A stretch of 64,000 bases of DNA from Candidatus Bathyarchaeota archaeon (GTDB lineage: Archaea > Thermoproteota > Bathyarchaeia > 40CM-2-53-6 > RBG-13-38-9). Under the pieces are notes generated by a model. That model saw nothing but the letters and a program-made list of their open reading frames with translations, was not told the origin of the DNA and made no database searches. Of the stretch, positions 8,394 to 19,267 are shown in pieces; the stretch's first letter is position 1; the number at the start of each line of letters is the position of its first letter. Where the stretch lies: contig CAWECG010000001.1 in NCBI GenBank assembly GCA_963807605.1, positions 64,001-128,000 on the forward strand, in the 5' to 3' direction. A program made the position numbers and the translations under genes.

Positions 8394-9911
8394 ATGATCA
8401 TGTCGGCTTTACGAGAAAACGAAACTAGAGTTCTGTCAACTATCAAGGAGTTTGGTCAGAGAGTGACTATCCCGGAGATTATTGATAGAACAGGCCTTCA
8501 GGATGCGGCTGTAATGCGGGCCGTTTTAGCTCTCTCAGAAAAAGATCTCGTCAACATTCGTGAGAGAACTACCCGATTGGTCCAGCTTAATCAAGAGGGG
8601 ACATCATACGCACAACTCGGACTTCCAGAATCCAGACTTGTCAAGGCAGTTCTCTCACTTGGAGGCGAAGCAAGCCTCAACGAGGCTATCTCAAAGGCCC
8701 ACCTAGGAGAGGACATCATCCCAATAGTCTTGGGCTGGATTCGCAGAAAACGTCTAGCTGAGATTCAAAGACGAGAAGGCCTGATCTACATAAGGAGCAG
8801 CGGACAAGTACAACAGGATCCGGATGAGGTAACTTTACGCGTCATATATGAGAAAGGCGAAGTTAACATTGAGGAACTGCCTCCTCAAATGAAAGAGACA
8901 GTATCACGGCTTAAGAGCCGCAACCTTCTAGAACTCCACGACAAAGTCTATCGAGAGGTAGAACTGACCTCCAAAGGTCTCCAGACCCAAGAGTTAGAGA
9001 CTAAGACTGCAAAAACCATCACCGCATTGACCGCAGAAATGATAACAAGTGGCGAATGGAGAGACGTCGAGCTAAGACAATACGATGTGAGTGCCTCACC
9101 TCCAACTATCTACCCGGGGAAGAAGAACGCATATGTAGAATTCATGGAAGAAGCCAGGCGGATTCTCCTCACAATGGGATTCGCAGAGCATGAAGGCCCA
9201 CTGGTTGAGGCTGAGTTCTGGAACTTCGACGTTCTATTCCAAGCTCAAGATCACCCAGCCCGCGAGATACATGACAGTTACATCCTCAGAAATCCCACCA
9301 CAGCAGATCTCGACGATGAAGAGTTAGTTGAGAGGGTGAGAAGAACTCATGAGAACGGCTGGAAAACTGGATCAACAGGATGGGGTTACACATGGAATCA
9401 AAAAATTGCTGAAAGACTCATCTTGCGAACCCAAACAACCGCTGTTTCGATGAGGTATCTATCCTCGCACAAAGATCCTCCAGTGAAGATGTTCTGTCTA
9501 TCAAAGGTCTTCAGGCCTGATGTTCTCGATGCAAAACACTCGATGGAGTTCACGCAACTAGAAGGCATAGTTGGCGATAGGGGAATCAACCTGCGTCATC
9601 TGCTAGGTTTTCTTGAGACGTTCGCTTCCGCCATGAGACTTGGCAAGATTAGATTCAAACCAGGATACTTTCCCTTTACAGAACCGAGTGTTGAGTCTTT
9701 TATCAAACATCCGACCCTTGGTTGGGTCGAGTTTGTCGGTGCCGGAATGTTTCGACCCGAAGTGCTGAAGCCTCTAGGTATTGATTTCCCAGTAATTGCG
9801 TGGGGCATAGGCTTCGATAGACTTGCAATGATCGCACTTGGTATCAACGACATTAGGGACTTGCACTCGAAAAGACTCGAATGGCTAAGAGAGAAGCCGA
9901 TTAGGTGGTGA
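8394..9911 (+). CDS. pheS: Phenylalanine-tRNA ligase alpha subunit
   Basis: FWNFDVLFQAQDHPAREIHD, LRTQTT, YFPFTEPS, GAGMFRPE; N-terminal winged-helix region. Confidence 0.97.
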   Translation: MIMSALRENETRVLSTIKEFGQRVTIPEIIDRTGLQDAAVMRAVLALSEKDLVNIRERTTRLVQLNQEGTSYAQLGLPESRLVKAVLSLGGEASLNEAISKAHLGEDIIPIVLGWIRRKRLAEIQRREGLIYIRSSGQVQQDPDEVTLRVIYEKGEVNIEELPPQMKETVSRLKSRNLLELHDKVYREVELTSKGLQTQELETKTAKTITALTAEMITSGEWRDVELRQYDVSASPPTIYPGKKNAYVEFMEEARRILLTMGFAEHEGPLVEAEFWNFDVLFQAQDHPAREIHDSYILRNPTTADLDDEELVERVRRTHENGWKTGSTGWGYTWNQKIAERLILRTQTTAVSMRYLSSHKDPPVKMFCLSKVFRPDVLDAKHSMEFTQLEGIVGDRGINLRHLLGFLETFASAMRLGKIRFKPGYFPFTEPSVESFIKHPTLGWVEFVGAGMFRPEVLKPLGIDFPVIAWGIGFDRLAMIALGINDIRDLHSKRLEWLREKPIRW

Positions 9912-9915
9912 AAGG

Positions 9916-11616
9916 ACGCCGACTCTGAACGTGGGATACAACGATATCTGCAAACTGATAGGAAAAGAAATGCCAATTGAGCTTCTAGAGGAGAAACTAT
10001 TCCTAATGAAATGTGAAGTTGAGAATGTCTCTGGCGACGAGATGCTTTTGGAGGTAACCTCAGATAGGCCAGATCTCCTTTGCTCAGAGGGAATTGCCAG
10101 GGAATTGCGAGGCCTACTCGATGCAGAAACAGGCCTGATAAAGTACAAAACTGCTCCGGGGGACATGAGGGTTAACGTTGATCAGTCAATAAAGAGGATC
10201 CGACCGTATATCGCAGGGGCCATCGTCAGAAATCTAAGGCTCACAGACGATTCTGTCAGACAAATAATGCAGCTCCAGGAGAAACTCCATCTAACATACT
10301 GCAGAAACAGAACAAAAGTCTCAGTAGGAGTGCATGACGCAGACAAAGTGACACACAAGCTAACCTACGCTGGTATTGCTCCTGGCAAGATAAGGTTCAG
10401 ACCGTTGGGAGAAGAGAGGGAGATGAACGGGAGCCAGATACTTGAGTCTACCCCCAAAGGAAGGGAGTACGGATGGATAATCAAAGACTTTCCCGCGTAT
10501 CCCCTACTTTACGATTCGAATGGAAACATACTCTCTCTGCCTCCCATCATAAATGGTGTAGTGACGCAGGTCACGTCCGGAACCACCAATCTACTAATGG
10601 ATGTGACGGGAACGGATTTGAAACTCGTCAACTTCGTCAACAACATCATAGTCTCAACTCTAGCAGAGCGAGGGGGAGTAGTAGAGTCAGCGAACGTGAT
10701 GTATGGTAATCGAGAAATTCGAACACCCGATCTGAAACCATCTACGGCGTCACTGAACCTCTCATCCGCCAATGATATGTTAGGCCTAACTCTCAAGGTC
10801 AGCGATGTCGTTACCCTTCTTAAGAGAATGAGATACGGAGTCAAGTCAACCTCAAAGAGAGGTGTCACAGTCCTAGTCCCTCCCTATAGAGCTGACATAA
10901 TGCATGAAGCTGATCTAGTCGAGGATCTAGCTATCGCTTATGGGTACAATAAGCTTCAGCCTATAATGCCTTTTACAGCAACCATCGGCTCCGAGAGAGG
11001 AATAACGAAGTTGAGCAGGAAGATACGTGATTTGATGGTTGGGCTTGGCTTTATTGAGGTCTTGAATTACGTGATGACGAGCACGCAATTGATTTCAGAG
11101 AAGATGGGTACGCTTTCCGATGGCGTGGTGGAGGTGGCCAACCCATTAAGTTCGGACTTTGCCGTGCTGAGAAACTGGCTTCTACCAGGTTTACTCAGCT
11201 TCTTGAGCTGCAACAAGCATGTTCCGTATCCACAAAAAATCTTCGAGTGTGGAGACGTGGTCTTAGTAAGCGAAGTTATGCCTACGAAGAGTGTGGCAAA
11301 AAAAAGAGTTGGCGCGGTGACGTGCGACTATAAGACCAGTTACGAAGACATCCAAGCCTCGCTCTACAGTCTCTTAAAAAATGCGGGGAGCGATGATTGG
11401 CAGCCACAGAGAGTTGAGCATCCCTCCTTCATCAAGGGACGCGTTGCAGCAATCACGATCTCAGGTAAGGAAGTTGCTCTTCTCGGTGAGATACATCCAC
11501 AACTTCTGGAGAGGTTCGAAATAGAGAATCCAGTCACAGCGTTCGAGCTGGATCTCGAGGCCGCCTTCAAGAGTGTAGACTCTAACGCTGATTACGTGGC
11601 CTCGACGAGACAATAG
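9916..11616 (+). CDS. pheT: Phenylalanine-tRNA ligase beta subunit (probable ACG start at 9916; first canonical start GTG 9931)
   Basis: DRPDLLCSEGIAR, QLQEKLH, SLPPIIN, PPYRADIMHEADLVED. In-frame (M)PTLNV N-terminus directly after a GGTGGTGA RBS. Confidence 0.95.
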   Translation, partial: TPTLNVGYNDICKLIGKEMPIELLEEKLFLMKCEVENVSGDEMLLEVTSDRPDLLCSEGIARELRGLLDAETGLIKYKTAPGDMRVNVDQSIKRIRPYIAGAIVRNLRLTDDSVRQIMQLQEKLHLTYCRNRTKVSVGVHDADKVTHKLTYAGIAPGKIRFRPLGEEREMNGSQILESTPKGREYGWIIKDFPAYPLLYDSNGNILSLPPIINGVVTQVTSGTTNLLMDVTGTDLKLVNFVNNIIVSTLAERGGVVESANVMYGNREIRTPDLKPSTASLNLSSANDMLGLTLKVSDVVTLLKRMRYGVKSTSKRGVTVLVPPYRADIMHEADLVEDLAIAYGYNKLQPIMPFTATIGSERGITKLSRKIRDLMVGLGFIEVLNYVMTSTQLISEKMGTLSDGVVEVANPLSSDFAVLRNWLLPGLLSFLSCNKHVPYPQKIFECGDVVLVSEVMPTKSVAKKRVGAVTCDYKTSYEDIQASLYSLLKNAGSDDWQPQRVEHPSFIKGRVAAITISGKEVALLGEIHPQLLERFEIENPVTAFELDLEAAFKSVDSNADYVASTRQ

Positions 11617-11680
11617 TGCAGAGATCTGATCCAAGTTTCATAGGCAGTTCTAATCGACGATGCGAAAAGGGTAGATTTCG

Positions 11681-12142
11681 TTGGATAAAATGCCAGTTAA
11701 GCCGATAGGATTTGTCAGAACTGAACTTGAAGAAGATGAACTAAGAAAGCGGCGCTACAATTCAGACTTGGTGATAAACCCCATTTATGAGGATGCTTTG
11801 GAAGGGATTGAGGGCTTCTCACATCTCAACATTGTTTTCTGGATGCACCATGTATCCAAGGAAGAGAGAAGCAATTTGAAGGTTCGACCGAGGGGTCGCC
11901 GAGATATGCCCCTGCTTGGTGTCTTCGCAACTAGGTCTCCACAACGTCCCAATCCGATTGGTTTGACACTTGTAGAGTTAATTGAACGGCGAGGAAATAT
12001 CGTGACCGTCAAAGGGCTCGACGCTATTGACGGCACCCCGATCTTGGATTTGAAACCATACGATGCATGGGATAGGGCTGAAAAGATACGAGTCCCAAGT
12101 TGGCGAAGGAGACTTGAGAGGGACGGCACTCACAAACAATAA
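11681..12142 (+). CDS. tsaA: tRNA m6t6A37 methyltransferase TrmO/TsaA
   Basis: GVFATRSPQRPNPIG, GLDAIDGTPILDLKPY. Confidence 0.93.
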   Translation: MDKMPVKPIGFVRTELEEDELRKRRYNSDLVINPIYEDALEGIEGFSHLNIVFWMHHVSKEERSNLKVRPRGRRDMPLLGVFATRSPQRPNPIGLTLVELIERRGNIVTVKGLDAIDGTPILDLKPYDAWDRAEKIRVPSWRRRLERDGTHKQ

Positions 12143-12244
12143 GAGCATCTGGATCCGTCTCTTTCCAAAAGGCTTTTTTGTCGACTCCTAGCCTTTCGTA
12201 AGGATAAACGCCGGAATGAATAGCAACCCATAGAGTGATGAGAA

Positions 12245-13159
12245 TTGGACAAGACCGAGAAGATTTGGATGGATGGGAGGTTTGTTGACTGGGATGAGGC
12301 TAAGATACATGTGTTGACTCACGCATTACATTATGCCACCGCGGTTTTCGAAGGCATAAGATGCTACAACACAGTCAAAGGCCCAGCCGTCTTCAGGCTT
12401 AAAGATCACGTCAATCGCCTCTTCAACAGTGCAAAGATGCACATGATGAAGATACCTTACTCAACTGAGGAGATTACCAAAGCAATCAAGGATACTGTCA
12501 AAATCAATAAGATCAAGGAATGCTACATCAGACCAATCGTCTACTACGGATACGCTGAGATGGGCCTAAACCCGCGCAAGAATCCTGTCAACGTTGCAAT
12601 AGCAGCCTGGCCTTGGGGAACCTATCTCGGTGAGGACGGCCTAAAGAAGGGCGTCAGATGCAAGATATCATCTTGGATTCGTATCGATACTCGCACACTA
12701 CCCCCGTTGGCCAAATCTACTGCAAACTACTTGAATTCAGTATTTGCAAAACTGGAGGCACTCGATTGCGGCTACGATGAAGCCATACTGCTCAACATGG
12801 CAGGTCAAATCACAGAAGGCCCAGGTGAGAACATATTCATAGTCAAAGATGGTTGTCTAGTCACACCTCCAAGGAGCTCTGGAGCCCTGTACGGTTACAC
12901 CATGGACTCCGTCAAAGAATTGGCTGCAGACTCCGCCATTCCAGTTATGGAACGAGAAATTATTCGTGACGAACTGCTCATGGCAGATGAAGCCTTCTTT
13001 ACGGGAACAGCTGCAGAGCTAACTCCTATAAGGGAAGTCGATGGGCGGACAATCGGTTCGGGCTCTATAGGACCCATTACAAAGAGGTTACAAGATAGAT
13101 TCTTCAACGTCGTACGAGGCAAGGAATCCAGATACGAGAAATGGGTTGATCTGGTCTGA
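12245..13159 (+). CDS. ilvE: Branched-chain amino acid aminotransferase
   Basis: HALHYATAVFEGIR, AKSTANY, EGPGENIF, EAFFTGTAAE. Confidence 0.96.
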   Translation: MDKTEKIWMDGRFVDWDEAKIHVLTHALHYATAVFEGIRCYNTVKGPAVFRLKDHVNRLFNSAKMHMMKIPYSTEEITKAIKDTVKINKIKECYIRPIVYYGYAEMGLNPRKNPVNVAIAAWPWGTYLGEDGLKKGVRCKISSWIRIDTRTLPPLAKSTANYLNSVFAKLEALDCGYDEAILLNMAGQITEGPGENIFIVKDGCLVTPPRSSGALYGYTMDSVKELAADSAIPVMEREIIRDELLMADEAFFTGTAAELTPIREVDGRTIGSGSIGPITKRLQDRFFNVVRGKESRYEKWVDLV

Positions 13160-13165
13160 GCGGAG

Positions 13166-16063
13166 CTATTCTATGTATATCCCAGGTCGATGAGGCTTTG
13201 AAATGCTGGCTCTGTCCTTCGGGTCGTACCGTTGGTCATCATCTTCCTTGTAAATCTCCACGTCTGCCTTGAGTTCTTTAGATAGGAACTGTGTTGAACT
13301 CTCTAATGCGTTGAGTTCATCGACAATTCCTGCCTCAAGCAGCCTTTTCTTAGATTCGGGGGCCATCTTTGCAATCTCCTTTGAGACTCCTTCGACATAT
13401 TTTGCAATGTCCTTCATGTGAGTTTTGAGATTCGGATCTGATGCAAACTCCTTCATGATCACCTTGATCTCTGTGGAACCAGTCCTTTCCTGTTCAAGAA
13501 GCTTCAGGAGGCCTCTCCATTTCCACTCTGAGGCGACATAGAGTATAACCCGCGTGGGAGTTTTCGCCGTTACCCGAACAATACTACTGATATCTTCAAG
13601 TGTCTTCCGAACTGTCTCCTCGATGATCTCTGCCTTTATGGCTTTCTTGAATTTCTCATGCTTTGGCCATTCTGCCGTTGATACAAAACCGTTCTTCCCA
13701 AGACGTTCCCATAATTCTTCGGCTAGGTGCGGCGCGAACGGTGCCATAAGTCTAATCCAAGCATCGAATACTGCGAATGCGGCATCTCGATTGATATTCT
13801 GCTTTCTTCTCAAATACCACCTGAAATCGTTCGAGATCTCATAAATTACGTTCTCTGCTGCTGCCCGAGTTCTGATCTCTCTAAGATTCTCCGTAATCAT
13901 TCGGATCCTTTCATGCATTCTGCTGGTGAGCCAATCTTCAAGATGACCAGTTCCCTCATCTCCCTCAAGATCAAGCATGTCATCAGCTAGATTCATGAAC
14001 GATTCCAGCTTGTTCCTGACATCTCTAAGGTTCTCTATTCTCCAGTCAGGGTCGTCCATGTCATCTGCGCCTAGGAGCAGAGCGCACCTTGTCACGTCTG
14101 CTCCGTAGTCCTTAATAGCCTTCCGCAGTGTGACTATGTTACCTTTAGATTTCGACATCTTCTGACCCTCTATCATCAACATGCCATTTACTCCTATCCC
14201 CTTTGGCCAGTGTTCCTGCCTGAAGAGGGCTGCATGCTGGAAGAGAAAGAAGGTCAAGTGGTTTGGAAGAAGTTCTTTGGCTGAGACTCTCAGGTCCACC
14301 GGATACCAATAGAGGAACTCTTCACGCATGGCGCTCAGAGTTTCGCGGTTGATTCCGGCTTTCAGGGAGACGGTTTTCTCGTCTCCGATTCCTTGGAATA
14401 TGTAATCGAAGACCTCGTTTGTTAATTGCTGGGGAGAGAGACCGTGTCTGCGTATCTCGTTGTTTATTGTATAGAAAGCCATGTACACTGTCGAGTCGCT
14501 CAGTGTCTCGACAATCCAATCCTTGCTCCACGGAAGAGGAGTGCCCAGACCTGTCTTCCTAGCACAAGGCCACTCACGATACCAATCAATCACGTCGAGA
14601 AACCATTGCCTAGCTGATTCAGGATAGACGCGGGCTCCGGAAAGGAGAAACTTGGTTTTCTGCTTCCACGCATCATCTGAGTATCTTAGGAACCATTGTC
14701 CTTTGATCTTCTTGACTCTGCAGAGGGTTGTGCAACGACATACGACGCGTTGAGGCAGATCAAACATTGAATCGATTATCTTGGATTGTTCAAAGTCCTT
14801 AACTATGGTATCTTTGACTTCCCGAACCTTCATTCCAGAGTACTGGCCGCAGTTCTCTTTGAGCACTCCCGTGTGAAATTCTTTCTTGTATACGATCTTC
14901 GTTGCTTCTTCACATTTTGGGTCGTTCTGATCTACCACCCCCAGTCGATCTGAGATCTCTATCGCGGGGAACTCACCGTGGCCTTCCACAGAGATCATAC
15001 CGATCGGCCTAATGTTCTCAATTTGGGATCTTGAGATTCCATACTTTTCGGCCAACTCGGGGTTTGCTCTGAGATCTCTGAGGGCTATCCAGTCAAATGG
15101 GGCGTGCGCAGGGACACTGTATACAATACCGCTACCGTTAGCTGGGTCCACAAACCACCCTGGAAGGATGAGTAGGGGTCGACCAGCTATAGGGTCTTTG
15201 CATTCTCTGCCAATCAGCTCGCTTCCTTTTAGCTTCCTGATAATCTCAACATTCCTTAGCTGCTCTCTCAGCTTCTCTGTAGCTTGCCAGCTGACAATCC
15301 AATCTTCCCCATCGATTCGGGCTTGAACATAGTCCGCGTCAGGATTTATCCATAGATTTGTGACTCCGAAGATTGTCTCGGGTCTGAAGGTGGCTGCCAC
15401 GAGAAAGGCATCATTCAGGCGGAACTTCATCAGTACGTATTCTTCGGGCGAAACGCCCTCTCCCTCAAGCCTATCATGATCGCCCGTGGGACTTTCGCAG
15501 TGAGGACACCAAACAACTGGGTGCGTACCCATGATGACATAGTTTCCCTCGCGAAGTTTGTGGTACTGCCACTCCACAAACCTGTTGAAGGTCGGCTCGA
15601 GAGAGGTTGTGTGAAACTCTCTCCTCCAGTCTATCGAGAAACCGATGCTCTTAACAGTCTCTCTGTTCTGGTTGGTGTAGTACTGGGCTACGTAGGCGGG
15701 GTCACCGAATTTCTTAAGCTCCTCTTCTGGCACACCGTCTATTTCTCTGAACTCTTTGACGATTGCTGGGTCGCCCTTCTGTAATCTCTCAGAAGCCCCT
15801 GCTATGGTCTCTCCGGTCCAATGCCAAGCCCATGGGAATAGGACATTGTATTGTTGCATTCGCATGAATCTGGCGTATGCATCTACCTTTGCAGCAGTGA
15901 ACCCATGGCCCACATGGAGAGGGCCGTTCATGTATGCGAAGGGGAATGTGACAAATACTTTTCGGGTATTTGGATTGCGGTTTGCTTCGAAGAGCTTGGC
16001 TTCGCTCCACTTCTTCTGCCATTTCTTCTCGATCTTATCCCAGCCTACTCTCTGGTGGCTCAT
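13166..16063 (-). CDS. leuS: Leucine-tRNA ligase (archaeal type)
   Basis: YMNGPLHVGH and KMSKSKGN class I motifs, ATFRPET editing domain, ETLSDSTVY. Confidence 0.97.
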   Translation of the reverse strand: MSHQRVGWDKIEKKWQKKWSEAKLFEANRNPNTRKVFVTFPFAYMNGPLHVGHGFTAAKVDAYARFMRMQQYNVLFPWAWHWTGETIAGASERLQKGDPAIVKEFREIDGVPEEELKKFGDPAYVAQYYTNQNRETVKSIGFSIDWRREFHTTSLEPTFNRFVEWQYHKLREGNYVIMGTHPVVWCPHCESPTGDHDRLEGEGVSPEEYVLMKFRLNDAFLVAATFRPETIFGVTNLWINPDADYVQARIDGEDWIVSWQATEKLREQLRNVEIIRKLKGSELIGRECKDPIAGRPLLILPGWFVDPANGSGIVYSVPAHAPFDWIALRDLRANPELAEKYGISRSQIENIRPIGMISVEGHGEFPAIEISDRLGVVDQNDPKCEEATKIVYKKEFHTGVLKENCGQYSGMKVREVKDTIVKDFEQSKIIDSMFDLPQRVVCRCTTLCRVKKIKGQWFLRYSDDAWKQKTKFLLSGARVYPESARQWFLDVIDWYREWPCARKTGLGTPLPWSKDWIVETLSDSTVYMAFYTINNEIRRHGLSPQQLTNEVFDYIFQGIGDEKTVSLKAGINRETLSAMREEFLYWYPVDLRVSAKELLPNHLTFFLFQHAALFRQEHWPKGIGVNGMLMIEGQKMSKSKGNIVTLRKAIKDYGADVTRCALLLGADDMDDPDWRIENLRDVRNKLESFMNLADDMLDLEGDEGTGHLEDWLTSRMHERIRMITENLREIRTRAAAENVIYEISNDFRWYLRRKQNINRDAAFAVFDAWIRLMAPFAPHLAEELWERLGKNGFVSTAEWPKHEKFKKAIKAEIIEETVRKTLEDISSIVRVTAKTPTRVILYVASEWKWRGLLKLLEQERTGSTEIKVIMKEFASDPNLKTHMKDIAKYVEGVSKEIAKMAPESKKRLLEAGIVDELNALESSTQFLSKELKADVEIYKEDDDQRYDPKDRASISKPHRPGIYIE

Positions 16064-18822
16064 CTCTTGCTCAACTGTTTGGAGACTATTTTCGGTGCGA
16101 GGCGAATCATCTTCTGGAGTTTGTCTTTTTCCATTCCGCCGCCCTGTCCGAAGTAGTTCTTTCCACCGCCTCCTCCTCCGATGATCGCTGTCAGTTCCCT
16201 AGCCAGTTCTCCGGCGTCTATTCCGGCTTTTATCGCATCTTTTCCTGCAAAAACGAAGAGTCTGATAGTCTTCTTTACAAGAAATATGATCGCTACCGCC
16301 TTGGGTTCGGCGTTGGTCGTCTTGCTTCCGAGCACTATGATTTCTTCCTCGTCAGCTTCTTCCTCTTGGCTTACGATCAGCTTGGTTCTGCCGATCTTTC
16401 TGGACTTGGCCAGAAGAGTTTCTGCTTCTCTTGTTGCAAGTTCTTCTCGCAGACGTGAAATCTTCTTAGTTAAAGCGTCCATATCTTTTACGACAATCGC
16501 AGCAGCACTTGAGAGATTTTCAATCGGTGTATTCAGCGTCTTGGCTGTCTCGGAAAGTTCTAGCTCTCTCTCTTGGATCTTCTTGAGAGCTTGCGGGCCC
16601 GAGGCGAAGATGATCCTTTCAACTCCGTCCTGAATTCTCTCCGTGCGTAGGATCTTGATTATTCCGATTTCACCGGTAGAGCGTACATGTGTTCCTGCGC
16701 ATGCCTCGACGTCCCAGTCGCCTATCTTGACAATGCGTATCACTGTTCCTGGGACGGCTCCACCTTGGTAGAGTCGGTATCCGTATTTTCTTTCCGCCTC
16801 ACCTCGGGATATCCACGCTGTCTCAACGGGAATGTTTCTCGTGATCACCTGACATGCCAGATCCTCGATCTTTCTTACCTCTTCTGTGGTGAGATGTTTG
16901 AAATGTGAGATGTCCAGACGACTTGTCTCGACATCCTTAGCTGCCCCTGCCTGCCAAGCGTGTTCACCGAGAACTCGTCGCAATGCTCCGATCAGTATGT
17001 GGGTGGAGGTGTGATGCCTCATAAGGCTTAGGCGTCTCTCCCAGTCTATAATACCCTTAATCTCTGAACCTACCGCAGGTGTGTTTCCTTCGATGATATG
17101 CTCCACGACATCTCCTAGAGACTGAACATTGACTATCTTTGAAGTTTCTCCGTCGAACTTGATGAGTCCTATGTCGGCGAGTTGCCCCCCGCCTTCAGAG
17201 TAGAAGCATGTTTGGTCCAGGATGAGGTGCCTTCCATCAATGACATCGAGAACTCTTGCGGTGAACTTCGTAAGATATGGATCTTCGTAGTAGAGCTTTC
17301 TCGTCTTTGGGAATGTCGAGGCCTTCTCCTTGAGTATCGTCATCTCAGATGGTTCTTCGGCTTGTTTGGATTGTAGGTGTCTTTGCGCAACTTTGCCAAA
17401 GAAATCTTCTGGAGCTGAAACAGCTATCGATTCCGTCTGTAGGAATTCGCGCACCATCTCGGGAACGAGACCGTGAGAATCGTAAAGTTCGATTAATGTC
17501 TTCTCAGGGATTTCTTTGAGTCCGGACTTCTTGATATCTTGTGATATTCTCTTGACAAGCTCAACACCTTTGACCAGAGTTCTATTGTACTTCTCCTGTT
17601 CCACTTTCAGTTCCTCAATGATCTCGTCCTTCATGATCCCTAAGTTTGGAAAGTTGTCAGACCAATAAGCTATCTGTCTCTCAACTATGTTGAGGAAGAG
17701 TTCCCCGATGCCGAGTGCTCTCAGAATTCTGTAGGCTCGACGCACAAGAAGCCTGGCGAGATAGCCTTCCTGCATGTTCGAGGGCACCACGCCTTCAGAG
17801 AGCAGGAAGCAGAGTGTCTTTGTATGGTCTAGGACTGTGCAGATATTTTGGAAATTTGAGATTGTTCTCTCGAGTTCTTCGGCAGAGAAACCTAAGCTCT
17901 CAGTGCTTCTCACTTTAGTGGCAATTGCGCTGGGGGCTGTTTGGCCGGTCATCGTTGAGGAGATTCTAGCACTTGCTGCGATGATTCTTTCGTCAATCTT
18001 CAGTCCGGCTAGGTCGGCTACGGTGTCCAGTAAGGTGCCGTAGGTCGCGTGGAACCCTGTCGGTGAGCCCTGTGATAGCCAAGTCCACCTCTCAATACCG
18101 TATCCTGTATCTACCGTTTTTATCGGCATCTCGACCAGTTGTTCACCAACATATCTGTACATCATGAATACGAGGGTGGAGATCTCCAAGCCTGAAACGC
18201 ATGCTTCGACACAAGGGCCGGCGTTGCCGCCGCCTGACCAGAAATCTTCCTTGTAACAAACTTCCTCTGAATCTACGCCTAGCCCTTGCGTAAGCAGCTC
18301 ATGATGAAACCTAACGGTCTCATCTTTCCAGTAGATCTTTTTCTCGGAGGAGTTGAAGGCGTGTGCCCCTCCCATCTCAAAGATTGTCATATGCCTTCCG
18401 AATGTCTGGCCTACTTTGTCAATGTCGGTGAATCTGATGCAAGGTTGGCTTATCACCAGTGGGTTTGCGGGCGGTGGTATCCTACCTTCCGTTACGTACG
18501 GCTGGAAGTTGTAGATGGAGGCACCAACAAGGTAGACATCGTCCCTCCATCGGGCTATCACAGGGTAGGGGCTGATTATTGTGTGGTTATTCTTTTCAAA
18601 AAATTTCAAGAAAAGCTCTCTAAACTGCGGGAGAGAATAACTTCGTTTAGACGGTGAATCTCCGATGAAGGCGTATTCTTGGCATGGAGCGTCTCCGCAA
18701 TTCTTGCTTTCAGCATTCTGTGTCCAATAGTGGACACCGCAGACTTGGCATTTTCTCCTATTGAAACCGTTCTCCTTGAAGAAGGAGAGTTCAAATTCAC
18801 CATCAAGGCTGACCAAACTCAA
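16060..18822 (-). CDS. alaS: Alanine-tRNA ligase
   Basis: SQPCIRFTD, HMTIFEM, VDTGYGIER, HxxxH and CAGTH editing motifs, C-terminal DHHA1 GGGGG. Confidence 0.97.
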   Translation of the reverse strand: MSLVSLDGEFELSFFKENGFNRRKCQVCGVHYWTQNAESKNCGDAPCQEYAFIGDSPSKRSYSLPQFRELFLKFFEKNNHTIISPYPVIARWRDDVYLVGASIYNFQPYVTEGRIPPPANPLVISQPCIRFTDIDKVGQTFGRHMTIFEMGGAHAFNSSEKKIYWKDETVRFHHELLTQGLGVDSEEVCYKEDFWSGGGNAGPCVEACVSGLEISTLVFMMYRYVGEQLVEMPIKTVDTGYGIERWTWLSQGSPTGFHATYGTLLDTVADLAGLKIDERIIAASARISSTMTGQTAPSAIATKVRSTESLGFSAEELERTISNFQNICTVLDHTKTLCFLLSEGVVPSNMQEGYLARLLVRRAYRILRALGIGELFLNIVERQIAYWSDNFPNLGIMKDEIIEELKVEQEKYNRTLVKGVELVKRISQDIKKSGLKEIPEKTLIELYDSHGLVPEMVREFLQTESIAVSAPEDFFGKVAQRHLQSKQAEEPSEMTILKEKASTFPKTRKLYYEDPYLTKFTARVLDVIDGRHLILDQTCFYSEGGGQLADIGLIKFDGETSKIVNVQSLGDVVEHIIEGNTPAVGSEIKGIIDWERRLSLMRHHTSTHILIGALRRVLGEHAWQAGAAKDVETSRLDISHFKHLTTEEVRKIEDLACQVITRNIPVETAWISRGEAERKYGYRLYQGGAVPGTVIRIVKIGDWDVEACAGTHVRSTGEIGIIKILRTERIQDGVERIIFASGPQALKKIQERELELSETAKTLNTPIENLSSAAAIVVKDMDALTKKISRLREELATREAETLLAKSRKIGRTKLIVSQEEEADEEEIIVLGSKTTNAEPKAVAIIFLVKKTIRLFVFAGKDAIKAGIDAGELARELTAIIGGGGGGKNYFGQGGGMEKDKLQKMIRLAPKIVSKQLSKR

Positions 18823-18881
18823 CAGCCACCGACGTGCAGGGAAGAGTGAAGAAGGATATGTGTAGGATCTTTGGGTTTGAC

Positions 18882-19202
18882 TCAGCCGAAGAGAGCACCG
18901 AGACCGGCGAGAGCTTCCTCTTCTTTCTTCTCCTCAGTCTTCTTTGCCTCTGCAGCGGGTGCAGTGGGTGCAGCGGCTGAGGGTGGCGCTGCTGGGGCAT
19001 AAGTAGCAGTTGACGCCTGTTTTAGAACCTCATCAATCTTTACCTCTGAGAGTGCAGCTGTGAGTGCCTTCACTCTTGTTTCGTCAACGTTTATTCCCGC
19101 GGCTGTAAGGATCTTCTTCAAATTAGCCTCGTCGATAGGTTTTGAGGCTGAGTGCAGCAACAGCGCCGCATACATGTACATCAAATTCCTTTCCTCTGTC
19201 AA
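18882..19202 (-). CDS. rpl12p: 50S ribosomal stalk protein L12/aP1
   Basis: YAALLLH, Ala-rich hinge, [13 protein letters not shown] terminus; true start probably near 19184. Confidence 0.96.
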   Translation of the reverse strand: MTEERNLMYMYAALLLHSASKPIDEANLKKILTAAGINVDETRVKALTAALSEVKIDEVLKQASTATYAPAAPPSAAAPTAPAAEAKKTEEKKEEEALAGLGALFG

Positions 19203-19267
19203 TTGTTACGGAATTCTTACACGTGCTATGAAACTTCACACTTAAGGGTTTCCTTTTGCAATTGATC

